A stretch of DNA of 32,000 nt from Acaryochloris thomasi RCC1774 (GTDB lineage: Bacteria > Cyanobacteriota > Cyanobacteriia > Thermosynechococcales > Thermosynechococcaceae): assembly GCF_003231495.1 (NCBI RefSeq), contig NZ_PQWO01000002.1, positions 270,001 through 302,000 on the forward strand. The letters run 5' to 3'. The notes under the pieces are model-generated. The model was not told the origin of the DNA, ran no database searches, and worked only from the letters and a program-made list of their open reading frames with translations. Position numbers and translations under genes: made by a program. Shown here in pieces: positions 18,149 to 26,234 of this stretch; positions within the stretch are counted from its first letter, which is position 1, and each line of letters opens with the position of its first letter.

Positions 18149-18646
18149 CTACGTTAGCGTCAATAAACTCACTTCAGCCCCCAAGGTTAGACATAGGATG
18201 ACAAAGCTATACCGCAAGCGTAGTAAAAATGGTCGGAGTTCATAAGTGACAATCAACCGTTCCTGTGTCAAAGAGGCTGTTGGCTTCGCCCAAGCTTGGC
18301 AGTCATACCAACCCGTTTCTTCATAAACAATAGTGGGGCTGTAGAGTCGGTCGCAAATATATCCCCATCCCAGGTACAGGCGCAATAGGAGCAACATTAG
18401 TAATCCTGTTGCGCCTGCTGTTGTTGCCAATAAACATTTTGCGAGCGCAGATGTCCATGTGAAACTTTCAGCTGCAATCGGTAAACAAAAGAGGCAGCCG
18501 AGGCTCCAAATGAGAAATGTTCTGATCAAAAAAGTTTGGCGATCTAATGTTGCCCAGCGGAAAAAGCAGGATTCTTGTAAACTCCGATATTCATTCATGG
18601 GCTGCTGCTCAACTGGGACTGGGCAACCGGGTGCAGAGACATTCAT
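18149..18646 (-). CDS. ycf36: Ycf36 / CGLD27 (DUF1230) family membrane protein
   Basis: N-terminal signature CPVPVEQQPMNEYRSLQESCFFRWATLD, followed by two hydrophobic helices. The size of 165 aa is typical. Confidence 0.75.
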   Translation of the reverse strand: MNVSAPGCPVPVEQQPMNEYRSLQESCFFRWATLDRQTFLIRTFLIWSLGCLFCLPIAAESFTWTSALAKCLLATTAGATGLLMLLLLRLYLGWGYICDRLYSPTIVYEETGWYDCQAWAKPTASLTQERLIVTYELRPFLLRLRYSFVILCLTLGAEVSLLTLT

Positions 18647-18815
18647 GACGAAGCTATTTAGGCCGTAAATGATTAAAACGTCAGATCGCGAAGAGATCGT
18701 CTATCTCCGTTTATAACACCTTCCTTACGGTACAGAACAAGAAACTCAACTCACTCAGAGCACCTTCCCTCCTGCGGTTGTGGGTTTCAGCCTCTCTGAA
18801 TGCAAGGCTCTGGAC

Positions 18816-19895
18816 TCATTTGAGGTATGCCAGACTGCTGTAAAGGTGAAATGCCTGATCCCAGTAACTTTCAGCTCGTCGAAATAGATTGATGTGGGCA
18901 TCAATACGATCGAGTGTATCGGTTTGTTCGATTATCGTATCGGCAAACGTTGAAAACTCGTTCCAGCTCCGCACATCGGGTAAATTTTCCTGCCACAAAG
19001 CTGTGAGATTGCGCCAATTCGACCAAGATGTCCCAGGCTCAGAGGAATCAGCAGCTAAGGGCACTCCTTGATTGAATTGGTATGCTGCATCATAAAAGCG
19101 CAGAATGCCGCTTGGCAAATGTAAATCACGGAATTGGGCATAGTCCTGGGTTTTTTCTTTCCGCTGCAGAACGCCTCGTGCATCTAAATCCACAACCTCT
19201 TCAAAAATAGGAAGCTGCCCTGTTACGGATTGCACAACCTCTGACCACTTGAATGATAAAACACGAGGAGACTTGCTGGAATGAGCCTCTGTGACTACTA
19301 CCTGCACTGGATCTTGGACGGTTTTGAAATAACAAGCTTGATGTACCTTGACCTGCCGAACTTGCTCTAAAGATTTCCAGAACGAGGGCACTCTAGAGTC
19401 CTGTAGCTCTTGACCGTAGACCTGTAGTTCGCCAATAGCTCCCGTTCGATAAAACCGCCACCCGCGACTGGGAAGTAGTAATCGGGCAGAGTAAAGATCG
19501 AGCCGCATGATGTGAGCAAAGGCGGGTGCCACTTCAGCTTTAACCTCTGGCGATAGAGCTTCTAGAATCAAGACGCCCAACCCGCCTTGTCCTGATTGAG
19601 CGACTGTTCGGGCGATCTGAACTTGTCGTTGTGCCGTCTGATCTCGCTGTTCCTCCTGCTGACGTTGCGCTAATCTCTGCAGTCCTTGTCGGGCCTCTAG
19701 CGCGAGTTTCGGCACATGCCCCTGACGCAGCAGTTCTCGATAAAGTGATTCTGCTGATTCCCACTCTGTCTGAGCTTCGTGGAGTTGAGCTTGGTACAGC
19801 TGCCCCCAGGGATCGTCTGGGGGCAGGTTAGCAATCAACAGAGCCACCTCTTGATAATTGCCGTGCTTGAGTGCAGCTGCAATTTCTAAGTCCAC
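18816..19895 (-). CDS. Conserved hypothetical protein (helical/TPR-like N-terminus), translationally coupled to rsmE
   Basis: Long ORF. The track start at 20060 would overlap rsmE by 166 nt. A GTG at 19895 shares its G with the rsmE TAG (minus strand reads ACC TAG TGG / cTAGTGgac) and gives VDLEIAAALKHGNYQEVALLIANL... (359 aa). I did not recognise a family. Confidence 0.55.
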   Translation of the reverse strand: MDLEIAAALKHGNYQEVALLIANLPPDDPWGQLYQAQLHEAQTEWESAESLYRELLRQGHVPKLALEARQGLQRLAQRQQEEQRDQTAQRQVQIARTVAQSGQGGLGVLILEALSPEVKAEVAPAFAHIMRLDLYSARLLLPSRGWRFYRTGAIGELQVYGQELQDSRVPSFWKSLEQVRQVKVHQACYFKTVQDPVQVVVTEAHSSKSPRVLSFKWSEVVQSVTGQLPIFEEVVDLDARGVLQRKEKTQDYAQFRDLHLPSGILRFYDAAYQFNQGVPLAADSSEPGTSWSNWRNLTALWQENLPDVRSWNEFSTFADTIIEQTDTLDRIDAHINLFRRAESYWDQAFHLYSSLAYLK

Positions 19896-20647
19896 TAGGT
19901 TACTCCTTCTTGCTGTTCGGAAACACTGTGCTGCTCTAGGTGGGCGGCAATGACGGATAGTGCTGTTATAGGAGCCGTTGTAGCTTTGAGAATACGCCGC
20001 CCCAAAGAAACAGGCCGATAACCGGCTAGGATAGCTTGCTTCTGTTCTGTCGTTGTCCACCCTCCCTCAGGCCCTGTCATGAGGATGATGCCTTGCGTGG
20101 GGGCTAGTTTGCTTAGGAGTCCAGACACCGCCGAATCTGTTACGCAAATATATTGGGCTGTTGTTTGGCCTCGCTGCTGCGACCACCTTAGAGCCGCAGT
20201 GAGTGACATGGGATCAAGAACTTCAGGAATGACCTGACGGCAGGATTGCTCCGCTGCTTCAATGGCGATTCGCCGCCACCGAAGACATTTGTGCGGACTG
20301 GGTTTCAGGAGGGTGCGCTCGCTGAGCAAAGGAACTAAGCGGCTGATCCCGAGCTCTGTTGTACAACGCACCACTTGATCAAAAGCATTTCCCTTTGCTG
20401 GAGCGACCATTAAAGTAACGGGGATTGTTAACTCCGTTGTGATGTTGAGCGATTCGAGGATGTGTGCTGATTTTGGTGAGTCAAGTTTCGCTAGCCACCA
20501 CTGCCCTTTGCCGTTCATGGCAATGAAGCGACTTCCTGTTTGCTGCCTCAGCACTCGGCCCAAGTAGTGCTGCTGCTCCTGCGTCAGGGCAATTTGTTCT
20601 CCCTGCAGTTGTTCAGAGGTAATCACCAATCGCTGCAGTTGGGGCAC
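19895..20647 (-). CDS. rsmE: 16S rRNA (uracil1498-N3)-methyltransferase RsmE
   Basis: 250 aa. It has the RsmE-like N-terminal PUA-like segment (QRLVITSEQLQGEQIALTQEQQHYLGRVLR) and the C-terminal SPOUT segment (ILMTGPEGGWTTTE...VSLGRRILKATTAPI). Confidence 0.85.
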   Translation of the reverse strand: MPQLQRLVITSEQLQGEQIALTQEQQHYLGRVLRQQTGSRFIAMNGKGQWWLAKLDSPKSAHILESLNITTELTIPVTLMVAPAKGNAFDQVVRCTTELGISRLVPLLSERTLLKPSPHKCLRWRRIAIEAAEQSCRQVIPEVLDPMSLTAALRWSQQRGQTTAQYICVTDSAVSGLLSKLAPTQGIILMTGPEGGWTTTEQKQAILAGYRPVSLGRRILKATTAPITALSVIAAHLEQHSVSEQQEGVT

Positions 20648-20691
20648 CTTGTACTCCTAAGAGGCTGACAAACATACGTTAGATCTTAATG

Positions 20692-20719
20692 TTGACAAAA
20701 TTGTAATCTCTAATATGTT
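20692..20719 (+). promoter_or_regulatory. Candidate sigma70-type promoter for rpsB-tsf (TTGACA-N16-TATGTT)
   Basis: A perfect -35 TTGACA sits at 20692-20697, and TATGTT at 20714-20719 after a 16-nt spacer. The pair lies about 210 nt upstream of the rpsB ATG. This is a sequence match only. Confidence 0.3.
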
Positions 20720-20928
20720 CCCTTTGATGCTTCTAGCATTTTGAGTTTTGGCTCGCTTTAATGCATCGATTTAAGAAGAGCAGGACTTTTTGGTTCAAAG
20801 ACCAATTCGGTATGCTAAGTTCTAAAGGTTGTCTAAATTCGCACACCTAAGAATTCGGGTGTCTTAACGGCGTAGCGCGCTGGACAAGATGCACTTAGGT
20901 GGAGGATAAACCCGGATAGGAGAAAATT

Positions 20929-21828
20929 ATGCCAGTTGTTAGTTTGGCTCAAATGCTTGAGTCAGGAGTTCACTTCGGTCATCAAGCCCGACGTTGGAAC
21001 CCCAAGATGGCTCCGTATATTTTTACTGAGCGTAACGGTGTTCATATCATCGACCTCGTGCAAACAGCTCAGCTTGTTGATGAAGCCTATAGCTACATGC
21101 GTTCAGCTTCTGCCGCAGGTAAAAAGTTCTTGTTCGTAGGGACAAAGCGTCAAGCTGCTGGAATCGTTGCAGAAGAAGCGGCTCGCTGTGGTGGTTACTA
21201 CGTTAACCAACGTTGGCTCGGCGGGATGCTGACGAACTGGACCACCATCAAGACGAGGATTGAACGGCTTAAAGATCTAGAGCGTCGCTATGAGAGTGGC
21301 GTCTTTGACCTGCTGCCTAAGCAAGAAGCTTCGTCACTACGGCGGGAGCTTGATAAGCTTCAGAAATACCTGGGTGGTCTTAAGCTGATGAATAAGATTC
21401 CAGATGTGGTGGTGATTGTTGATATCAAGCGAGAGTACAACGCCGTTCAGGAGTGCCAAAAGCTAGGATTACCCATCGTTTCTTTGTTAGATACGAACTG
21501 TGATCCTGATTGGGTTGACATTCCTATCCCTGGAAATGATGATGCGATTCGAGCTATTAAATTGATCGTGGGCCGTTTGGCCGATGCGATTCAAGAAGGA
21601 CGTAATGGTGGTCAAGAGCAGGTCAGTCAAAGTGACTTTGATGATGCGCCTGATGCTGTAGAAGATGTCGCCAGTGCCCCTCCTGTGCCTGAAGCGGTTC
21701 CTGAGGCTACTGTCGAGGCAGAGCCTGAAGCGGTTCCTGAGGCTACTGTTGAGGCCGAGACTGAAGCTGCGCCTGAAGCCGTAGCCGAAGTTGCCGCACC
21801 TAGCGATAATGACAAAAGCGACGCGTAA
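20929..21828 (+). CDS. rpsB: 30S ribosomal protein S2 with acidic repeat-containing C-terminal extension
   Basis: [43 protein letters not shown]... matches canonical S2. An AGGAG ribosome-binding site is present. The C-terminal 70 aa or so are rich in Ala, Glu, Pro and Val. Confidence 0.95.
   Translation: MPVVSLAQMLESGVHFGHQARRWNPKMAPYIFTERNGVHIIDLVQTAQLVDEAYSYMRSASAAGKKFLFVGTKRQAAGIVAEEAARCGGYYVNQRWLGGMLTNWTTIKTRIERLKDLERRYESGVFDLLPKQEASSLRRELDKLQKYLGGLKLMNKIPDVVVIVDIKREYNAVQECQKLGLPIVSLLDTNCDPDWVDIPIPGNDDAIRAIKLIVGRLADAIQEGRNGGQEQVSQSDFDDAPDAVEDVASAPPVPEAVPEATVEAEPEAVPEATVEAETEAAPEAVAEVAAPSDNDKSDA
21688..21780 (+). repeat. 36-bp in-frame tandem repeat (2 full units plus a partial) in the rpsB 3' end
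   Basis: Unit 1 is 21688-21723 (cctgaagcggttcctgaggctactgtcgaggcagag). Unit 2 is 21724-21759 (cctgaagcggttcctgaggctactgttgaggccgag). A degenerate partial copy follows to 21780. The repeat encodes [12 protein letters not shown] twice. Confidence 0.9.
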
Positions 21829-21853
21829 CTTTTTTACAGACTGAGGCAGCACA

Positions 21854-22486
21854 ATGGCAGGAATTTCCGCACAACAGGTTAAAGAACTGCGCGAAAAAAC
21901 CGGCGCAGGGATGATGGATTGTAAAAAAGCCCTTAAGGAGACAAAGGGTGATGTAGAACAGGCGATCGCCTACCTTCGTAAGAAGGGCTTGGCATCAGCA
22001 GGCAAAAAGTCAGGACGTGTCACTGCTGAAGGGTTAGTGGATAGCTACATTCACTTTGGCGGCCAAATTGGCGTTATGGTGGAGGTCAATTGTGAGACCG
22101 ACTTTGTGGCTCGCAATGATGCCTTCAAAGAGCTGGTTCAAGATATTGCGAAGCAAATCGCGGCTTGTCCTAACGTTGTCTATGTGCAGGTTGACGATGT
22201 CCCTGCTGAGATTGTTGAGAACGAAAAGTCTGTTGCAATGGGATCTGATGCCCTGAAAGGCAAGCCTGATAACGTTAAGGAAAAAATCGTTCAAGGAAAA
22301 CTGGACAAGACCTTGCGTGAACTTTGCCTGCTCGATCAGCCTTTTATTAAAGATCAGAGTATGACAGTGGATGAGCTTGTCAAGCAGTCTATCTCCAAGC
22401 TGGGCGAAAATATACAAGTGCGCCGATTCAGCCGCTTTGTTCTGGGCGAGGGGATGGATGTCTCTGAGTCAGGATCAGAAGATTAA
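21854..22486 (+). CDS. tsf: Translation elongation factor Ts
   Basis: [45 protein letters not shown] is the canonical EF-Ts UBA-like N-terminus. The gene lies immediately downstream of rpsB, as in the conserved rpsB-tsf operon. Confidence 0.95.
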   Translation: MAGISAQQVKELREKTGAGMMDCKKALKETKGDVEQAIAYLRKKGLASAGKKSGRVTAEGLVDSYIHFGGQIGVMVEVNCETDFVARNDAFKELVQDIAKQIAACPNVVYVQVDDVPAEIVENEKSVAMGSDALKGKPDNVKEKIVQGKLDKTLRELCLLDQPFIKDQSMTVDELVKQSISKLGENIQVRRFSRFVLGEGMDVSESGSED

Positions 22487-22702
22487 GCCATTCTCTTTGT
22501 TGTTAGTGATCCTGTTGGATCAGTGACGGATGGTTGTAAGAGAGTCGGGGTGAGCCATGTTGTTTGCCTCGACCTTTGTGCGTTCATCCTTTTGATGAGT
22601 GTTGAGGGATATGTGTGTTTGAAAGCCTCAGGCTACTGACGTTCAGAACAGGGAGAATGCTTTTTCTAAAGCTAAAGGTAGCTTGAAGGGAATGTGCAGG
22701 TT

Positions 22703-23524
22703 ATGGGTGCAAATATTCATCAACTTCAACAATCATTGGAGGCACTTGAGGCTCAGGCTGCTCAGCTTGTGCATCATTTTTCTTCCCTCTATCAAGATTA
22801 TCTCCGAGAGCTAGGGGCGTCAGTTTCAAAGCAGCTTATGCGTGCTGCCTATCATTTGTGTACGCAAACTGAACCTCAGGCTTTTGTGGGGCTATCGCTT
22901 AGCCAACAGCAATCTTTACAGCAAGGGTTACAACGATTAGGCTGGCAACTACAGCAATCTTTATTGCAGACGCTGCGAGACACTCTTGTGGCAGATGCTC
23001 AGCGGATGGTTCCTGAACATTTAGTACTGGCGATTCACTCGATTGAGGACACAATTGTCGCGGTTCTGCAGCAAACGTCTCGGGATGCCAATTATTTACT
23101 GCAGGATCATCAAATCCTAGAGATTCAGTCGATGGATGCCCTGTTCAAGATTGCGGCACAAGCAGATGAAGCAGGACGTCCCATCACGAGCCCTCCCCAT
23201 TTACTGAAAGCTTTAGTGGAAGCTAAGGAATCTGAGCTAGAGGAAGATAACGTGCCTGTTGTCGCAATTTATCTCCAGATTACGGATATTGAGTTAGCTG
23301 ATTCGGAATTGATGGCTTGGCGCCATCAACTTCGTCAGGCTACGCAGCAGTTAATGGCCCTCAATAAAGATTTTGTACAGAAGCAGAAAGCGCGAACTAC
23401 TGCGGAGGCAGAGGCGGCCTGGAGAGCAAGCTGGTTCCCCTATTCTCCAGAGAAGACCCCCACTATTAGCGATGAAAATGAATGCGTAGAGTCGGACGAT
23501 AAGGAGGAAGGCCGTGAACCTTAG
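22703..23524 (+). CDS. Hypothetical Gln/Leu-rich helical protein
   Basis: ORF of about 273 aa. The ATG at 22703 is preceded by GAAGGGA; the track uses a GTG at 22694. It is coiled-coil-like with an acidic C-terminus. I did not recognise a family. Confidence 0.5.
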   Translation: MGANIHQLQQSLEALEAQAAQLVHHFSSLYQDYLRELGASVSKQLMRAAYHLCTQTEPQAFVGLSLSQQQSLQQGLQRLGWQLQQSLLQTLRDTLVADAQRMVPEHLVLAIHSIEDTIVAVLQQTSRDANYLLQDHQILEIQSMDALFKIAAQADEAGRPITSPPHLLKALVEAKESELEEDNVPVVAIYLQITDIELADSELMAWRHQLRQATQQLMALNKDFVQKQKARTTAEAEAAWRASWFPYSPEKTPTISDENECVESDDKEEGREP

Positions 23525-23531
23525 TGATGCT

Positions 23532-24368
23532 CTAGAGAATTCCCTCTTGCCAGATAAGCTGGTCTCCACCAGCCCGTTGGGCCTGTCGTAGTGAAGCCTC
23601 TGTGCCTGCAACTAAGTTCGCAGGTGTCAATGCGTGACTGGGGGTAATACTGGTGATGCCGAGACTCATGGTGAAGTGATGGGGAGTTTGCACTTCATCG
23701 CTTTCGATCGCTAGAGACTTGATCCGCCAGCGAATTTTTTTTGCTAAGCAAATCGCATCATCGAGAGAGGTGTTTGGCAGGAGGATCGCGAGCGTTGATT
23801 CCTGATATTGGGCTACTAGATCTCCTGAGCGGCGTGCGCTGGAGTTTACAGCTTTCGTGAGCTGCCTGAGGCAGTCATTGTAAGCTTGCTTTCCATAGGT
23901 CTTGCGATAAGCTTCTTGCTGATCGAATTCTCCTAAAATCAGCGCTAGGGGCATTTGATTGCTTCTCATGCGTCGCCACTCTTGTTCAAGGCGCACGTTG
24001 AGCCTTGAACGGCCTGCGATGTTGGTGATCGGATCGATGGAGCGAGAATGCTCGAGCTGCTGAAATAGACTGTGCTGAATGGCTGTGCCGATCTGCTGGA
24101 CCATCTGGCGTAAAAGCTGAGGAGGGGCAGCAGCAGAGATAACTTTGGTTGAGACGGGTGCTAAGAAAGAAATGTGGGCTTTCCAGGTTGCAGCCTGCTC
24201 GACAAGACTCTCCACTTCATCGACGCGACATCGAAGACAGAGAATGACCTCATCGCCTGCGTTCATTGGGGTTTGTGCTGTGATGGTTCCCTGAATTTCC
24301 CGTAGGGGGGCATCTAGTGTGGCGTCGTCGTCCCAGTTCCTCTGGGTGTAGTCATGCACTTGAGCCAT
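23532..24368 (-). CDS. Degenerate GGDEF-domain protein (active site QESTL, I-site RxxD retained)
   Basis: The C-terminal 170 aa align to the GGDEF fold: DPITNIAGRSRL (DxLTxLxNRR), ALILGEFDQQEAYRKTYGKQAYNDCL, RRSGDLVAQYQESTLAILLPNT, MSLGIT, RQAQRAGGDQ. Codons for RSGDLVAQYQESTL lie at 23790-23831; I verified them by translating the minus strand. Confidence 0.8.
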   Translation of the reverse strand: MAQVHDYTQRNWDDDATLDAPLREIQGTITAQTPMNAGDEVILCLRCRVDEVESLVEQAATWKAHISFLAPVSTKVISAAAPPQLLRQMVQQIGTAIQHSLFQQLEHSRSIDPITNIAGRSRLNVRLEQEWRRMRSNQMPLALILGEFDQQEAYRKTYGKQAYNDCLRQLTKAVNSSARRSGDLVAQYQESTLAILLPNTSLDDAICLAKKIRWRIKSLAIESDEVQTPHHFTMSLGITSITPSHALTPANLVAGTEASLRQAQRAGGDQLIWQEGIL

Positions 24369-24561
24369 ACTGCTTCCTGATGACGAGTCGTCTTCACTGT
24401 TTTAAGGCTCCCCCATTCATAAAGTAGCGTAATTCTTGATATATCACACTCAAGCGATGTCTGAATGTCAAGTTTAAGATACTTTGCTAAGGCTTGAATA
24501 CGCTACACTAGTGAGCTGGACTGTAAATCCTACGGTCTGAGATTACTCAAAGGATTCAATA

Positions 24562-25929
24562 ATGGGCTTACCCGTTGTAGCCATTGTGGGCCGTCCCAAT
24601 GTCGGCAAATCAACACTGGTCAATCGCCTGACAGGGATGATGGCTGCGATTGTTCATGACTCGCCGGGGGTGACACGCGATCGCACCTATCGTCGTGCGC
24701 TATGGCAGGGCCGAGATTTCTTGGTAGTGGATACGGGTGGCCTTGTTTTTGAAGATGATTCAGAATTTTTGCCCCACATTCGCCAGCAGGTGATGACAGC
24801 TCTTTCTGAAGCTGATGTTGTGGTGATGGTCGTAGATGGTCAGGCGGGACCCACTGCTGCCGATGAGTCTATTGCTCAGTGGCTGCGTCAGCAGCCCACC
24901 CCGATTGTTCTGGCTGTCAATAAGTGTGAGTCACCCCAGCAAGGGATTGTGCAGGCAGCTCAATTCTGGGAGCTGTCTGTCGGAGAGCCGGTTCCGCTTT
25001 CTAGTATCCACGGCAGCGGTACAGGGGATCTGCTGGATCTGGTGGCGGAGGAGCTACCGGATCTCGATCAGGTCGATGATGCGGAGGAAATTAAGGTTGC
25101 GATTGTTGGACGGCCCAACGTCGGTAAGTCTAGCCTGCTGAATGCTTTTGTCGGTGAGACTCGCTCAATTGTTAGCCCTATTTCGGGGACAACGCGAGAT
25201 GCCATTGATATGCTGGCAGTCCGGGGAGAGCAGACCTATCGATTTATTGATACGGCGGGCATTCGTAAAAAGAAAAATGTCCAGTATGGGCCTGAGTTTT
25301 TTAGCATTAACCGGGCTTTTAAGGCGATCCGCAGATCGGATGTGGTGTTGTTGGTGCTAGATGCCTCCGATGGGATTACGGAGCAAGATCAAAAGCTGGC
25401 GGGTCGAATTGCAGATGAGGGTCGAGCCTGTGTGGTGGTGATTAATAAATGGGACACCATTGCGAAGGATAACTATACTATCTATGAGTTTGAGAAGAAG
25501 CTGCAGGCGCGGCTCAACTTTTTAGACTGGACTGAGATGATCTTTGTCAGTGCCAAGACTGGGCAGAGGATTGAAAAAATTATCAATCTAGTGGATCATG
25601 CGGCGGAACAGCACCAGCGTAGAGTTACGACTTCGGTAATTAACGAAGTGATTGAAGAGGCGGTGAGCTGGCATTCGCCGCCGACGTCGCGTCAGGGGCG
25701 TCAGGGAAAAATTTACTACGGTACTCAGGTTAGTAGTCAGCCTCCTGCGATCGCACTTTTTGTCAATAGCCCTGACCTGTTCAAAGACAACTACCGACGC
25801 TATATTGAGGGCCAGTTCAGAAAGAATCTTGGGTTTACGGGAACTCCTATTCGCCTTTTCTGGCGGGGCAAACGCGCCCGTGAAGTCGAGCGCACGGTTA
25901 ACCGTGCAACGCGTGTCAAAAGCAGTTAG
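24562..25929 (+). CDS. der: Ribosome-associated GTPase Der (EngA), two tandem GTPase domains plus KH-like C-terminus
   Basis: Two P-loops are present ([18 protein letters not shown]), with DTGG/DTAG and NKCE/NKWD motifs. The size of 455 aa is typical. Confidence 0.95.
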   Translation: MGLPVVAIVGRPNVGKSTLVNRLTGMMAAIVHDSPGVTRDRTYRRALWQGRDFLVVDTGGLVFEDDSEFLPHIRQQVMTALSEADVVVMVVDGQAGPTAADESIAQWLRQQPTPIVLAVNKCESPQQGIVQAAQFWELSVGEPVPLSSIHGSGTGDLLDLVAEELPDLDQVDDAEEIKVAIVGRPNVGKSSLLNAFVGETRSIVSPISGTTRDAIDMLAVRGEQTYRFIDTAGIRKKKNVQYGPEFFSINRAFKAIRRSDVVLLVLDASDGITEQDQKLAGRIADEGRACVVVINKWDTIAKDNYTIYEFEKKLQARLNFLDWTEMIFVSAKTGQRIEKIINLVDHAAEQHQRRVTTSVINEVIEEAVSWHSPPTSRQGRQGKIYYGTQVSSQPPAIALFVNSPDLFKDNYRRYIEGQFRKNLGFTGTPIRLFWRGKRAREVERTVNRATRVKSS

Positions 25930-26234
25930 TGTATAGCGCGATGTACAACGGTGGCTGATGTACAACGATGGCAGCCGCGGGCATGAGCTAAACTCTCTAA
26001 TCTATGGCTGGCCTCAAGTGAATGCTGTTTCAATTCCCGAACCGTGCCGAGTAGTACGTGTGAGTCAGTCTATAGTGAAGCAATACCGGCTTGCCTCTTT
26101 GCAGATTGCCTCAGGTCTGGCCCAGCCACTTCACTGAGTTGAACGTTTTTGGGTTGTCCTTGAAGGTGCCTATCATACAGTCTGAGGCCGGACAAAAAGC
26201 TGTGTTCGTATCTCTTGCCGTTTGACCTTTTTTC

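Noticed and set aside
19896-20060. N-terminal extension of the 414-aa ORF (MDNDRTEASYPSRLSACFF...) overlapping rsmE
   Set aside because: It would overlap the rsmE coding region by 166 nt in another frame, and the extension has low-complexity, non-protein-like composition. A GTG start coupled to the rsmE stop explains the locus better.
21487-22417. Antisense ORFs across rpsB and tsf (21487-21852, 21627-21815, 22034-22417)
   Set aside because: They lie opposite highly conserved ribosomal and translation-factor genes. The one at 21627-21815 is merely the reverse reading of the Ala/Glu/Pro repeat region.
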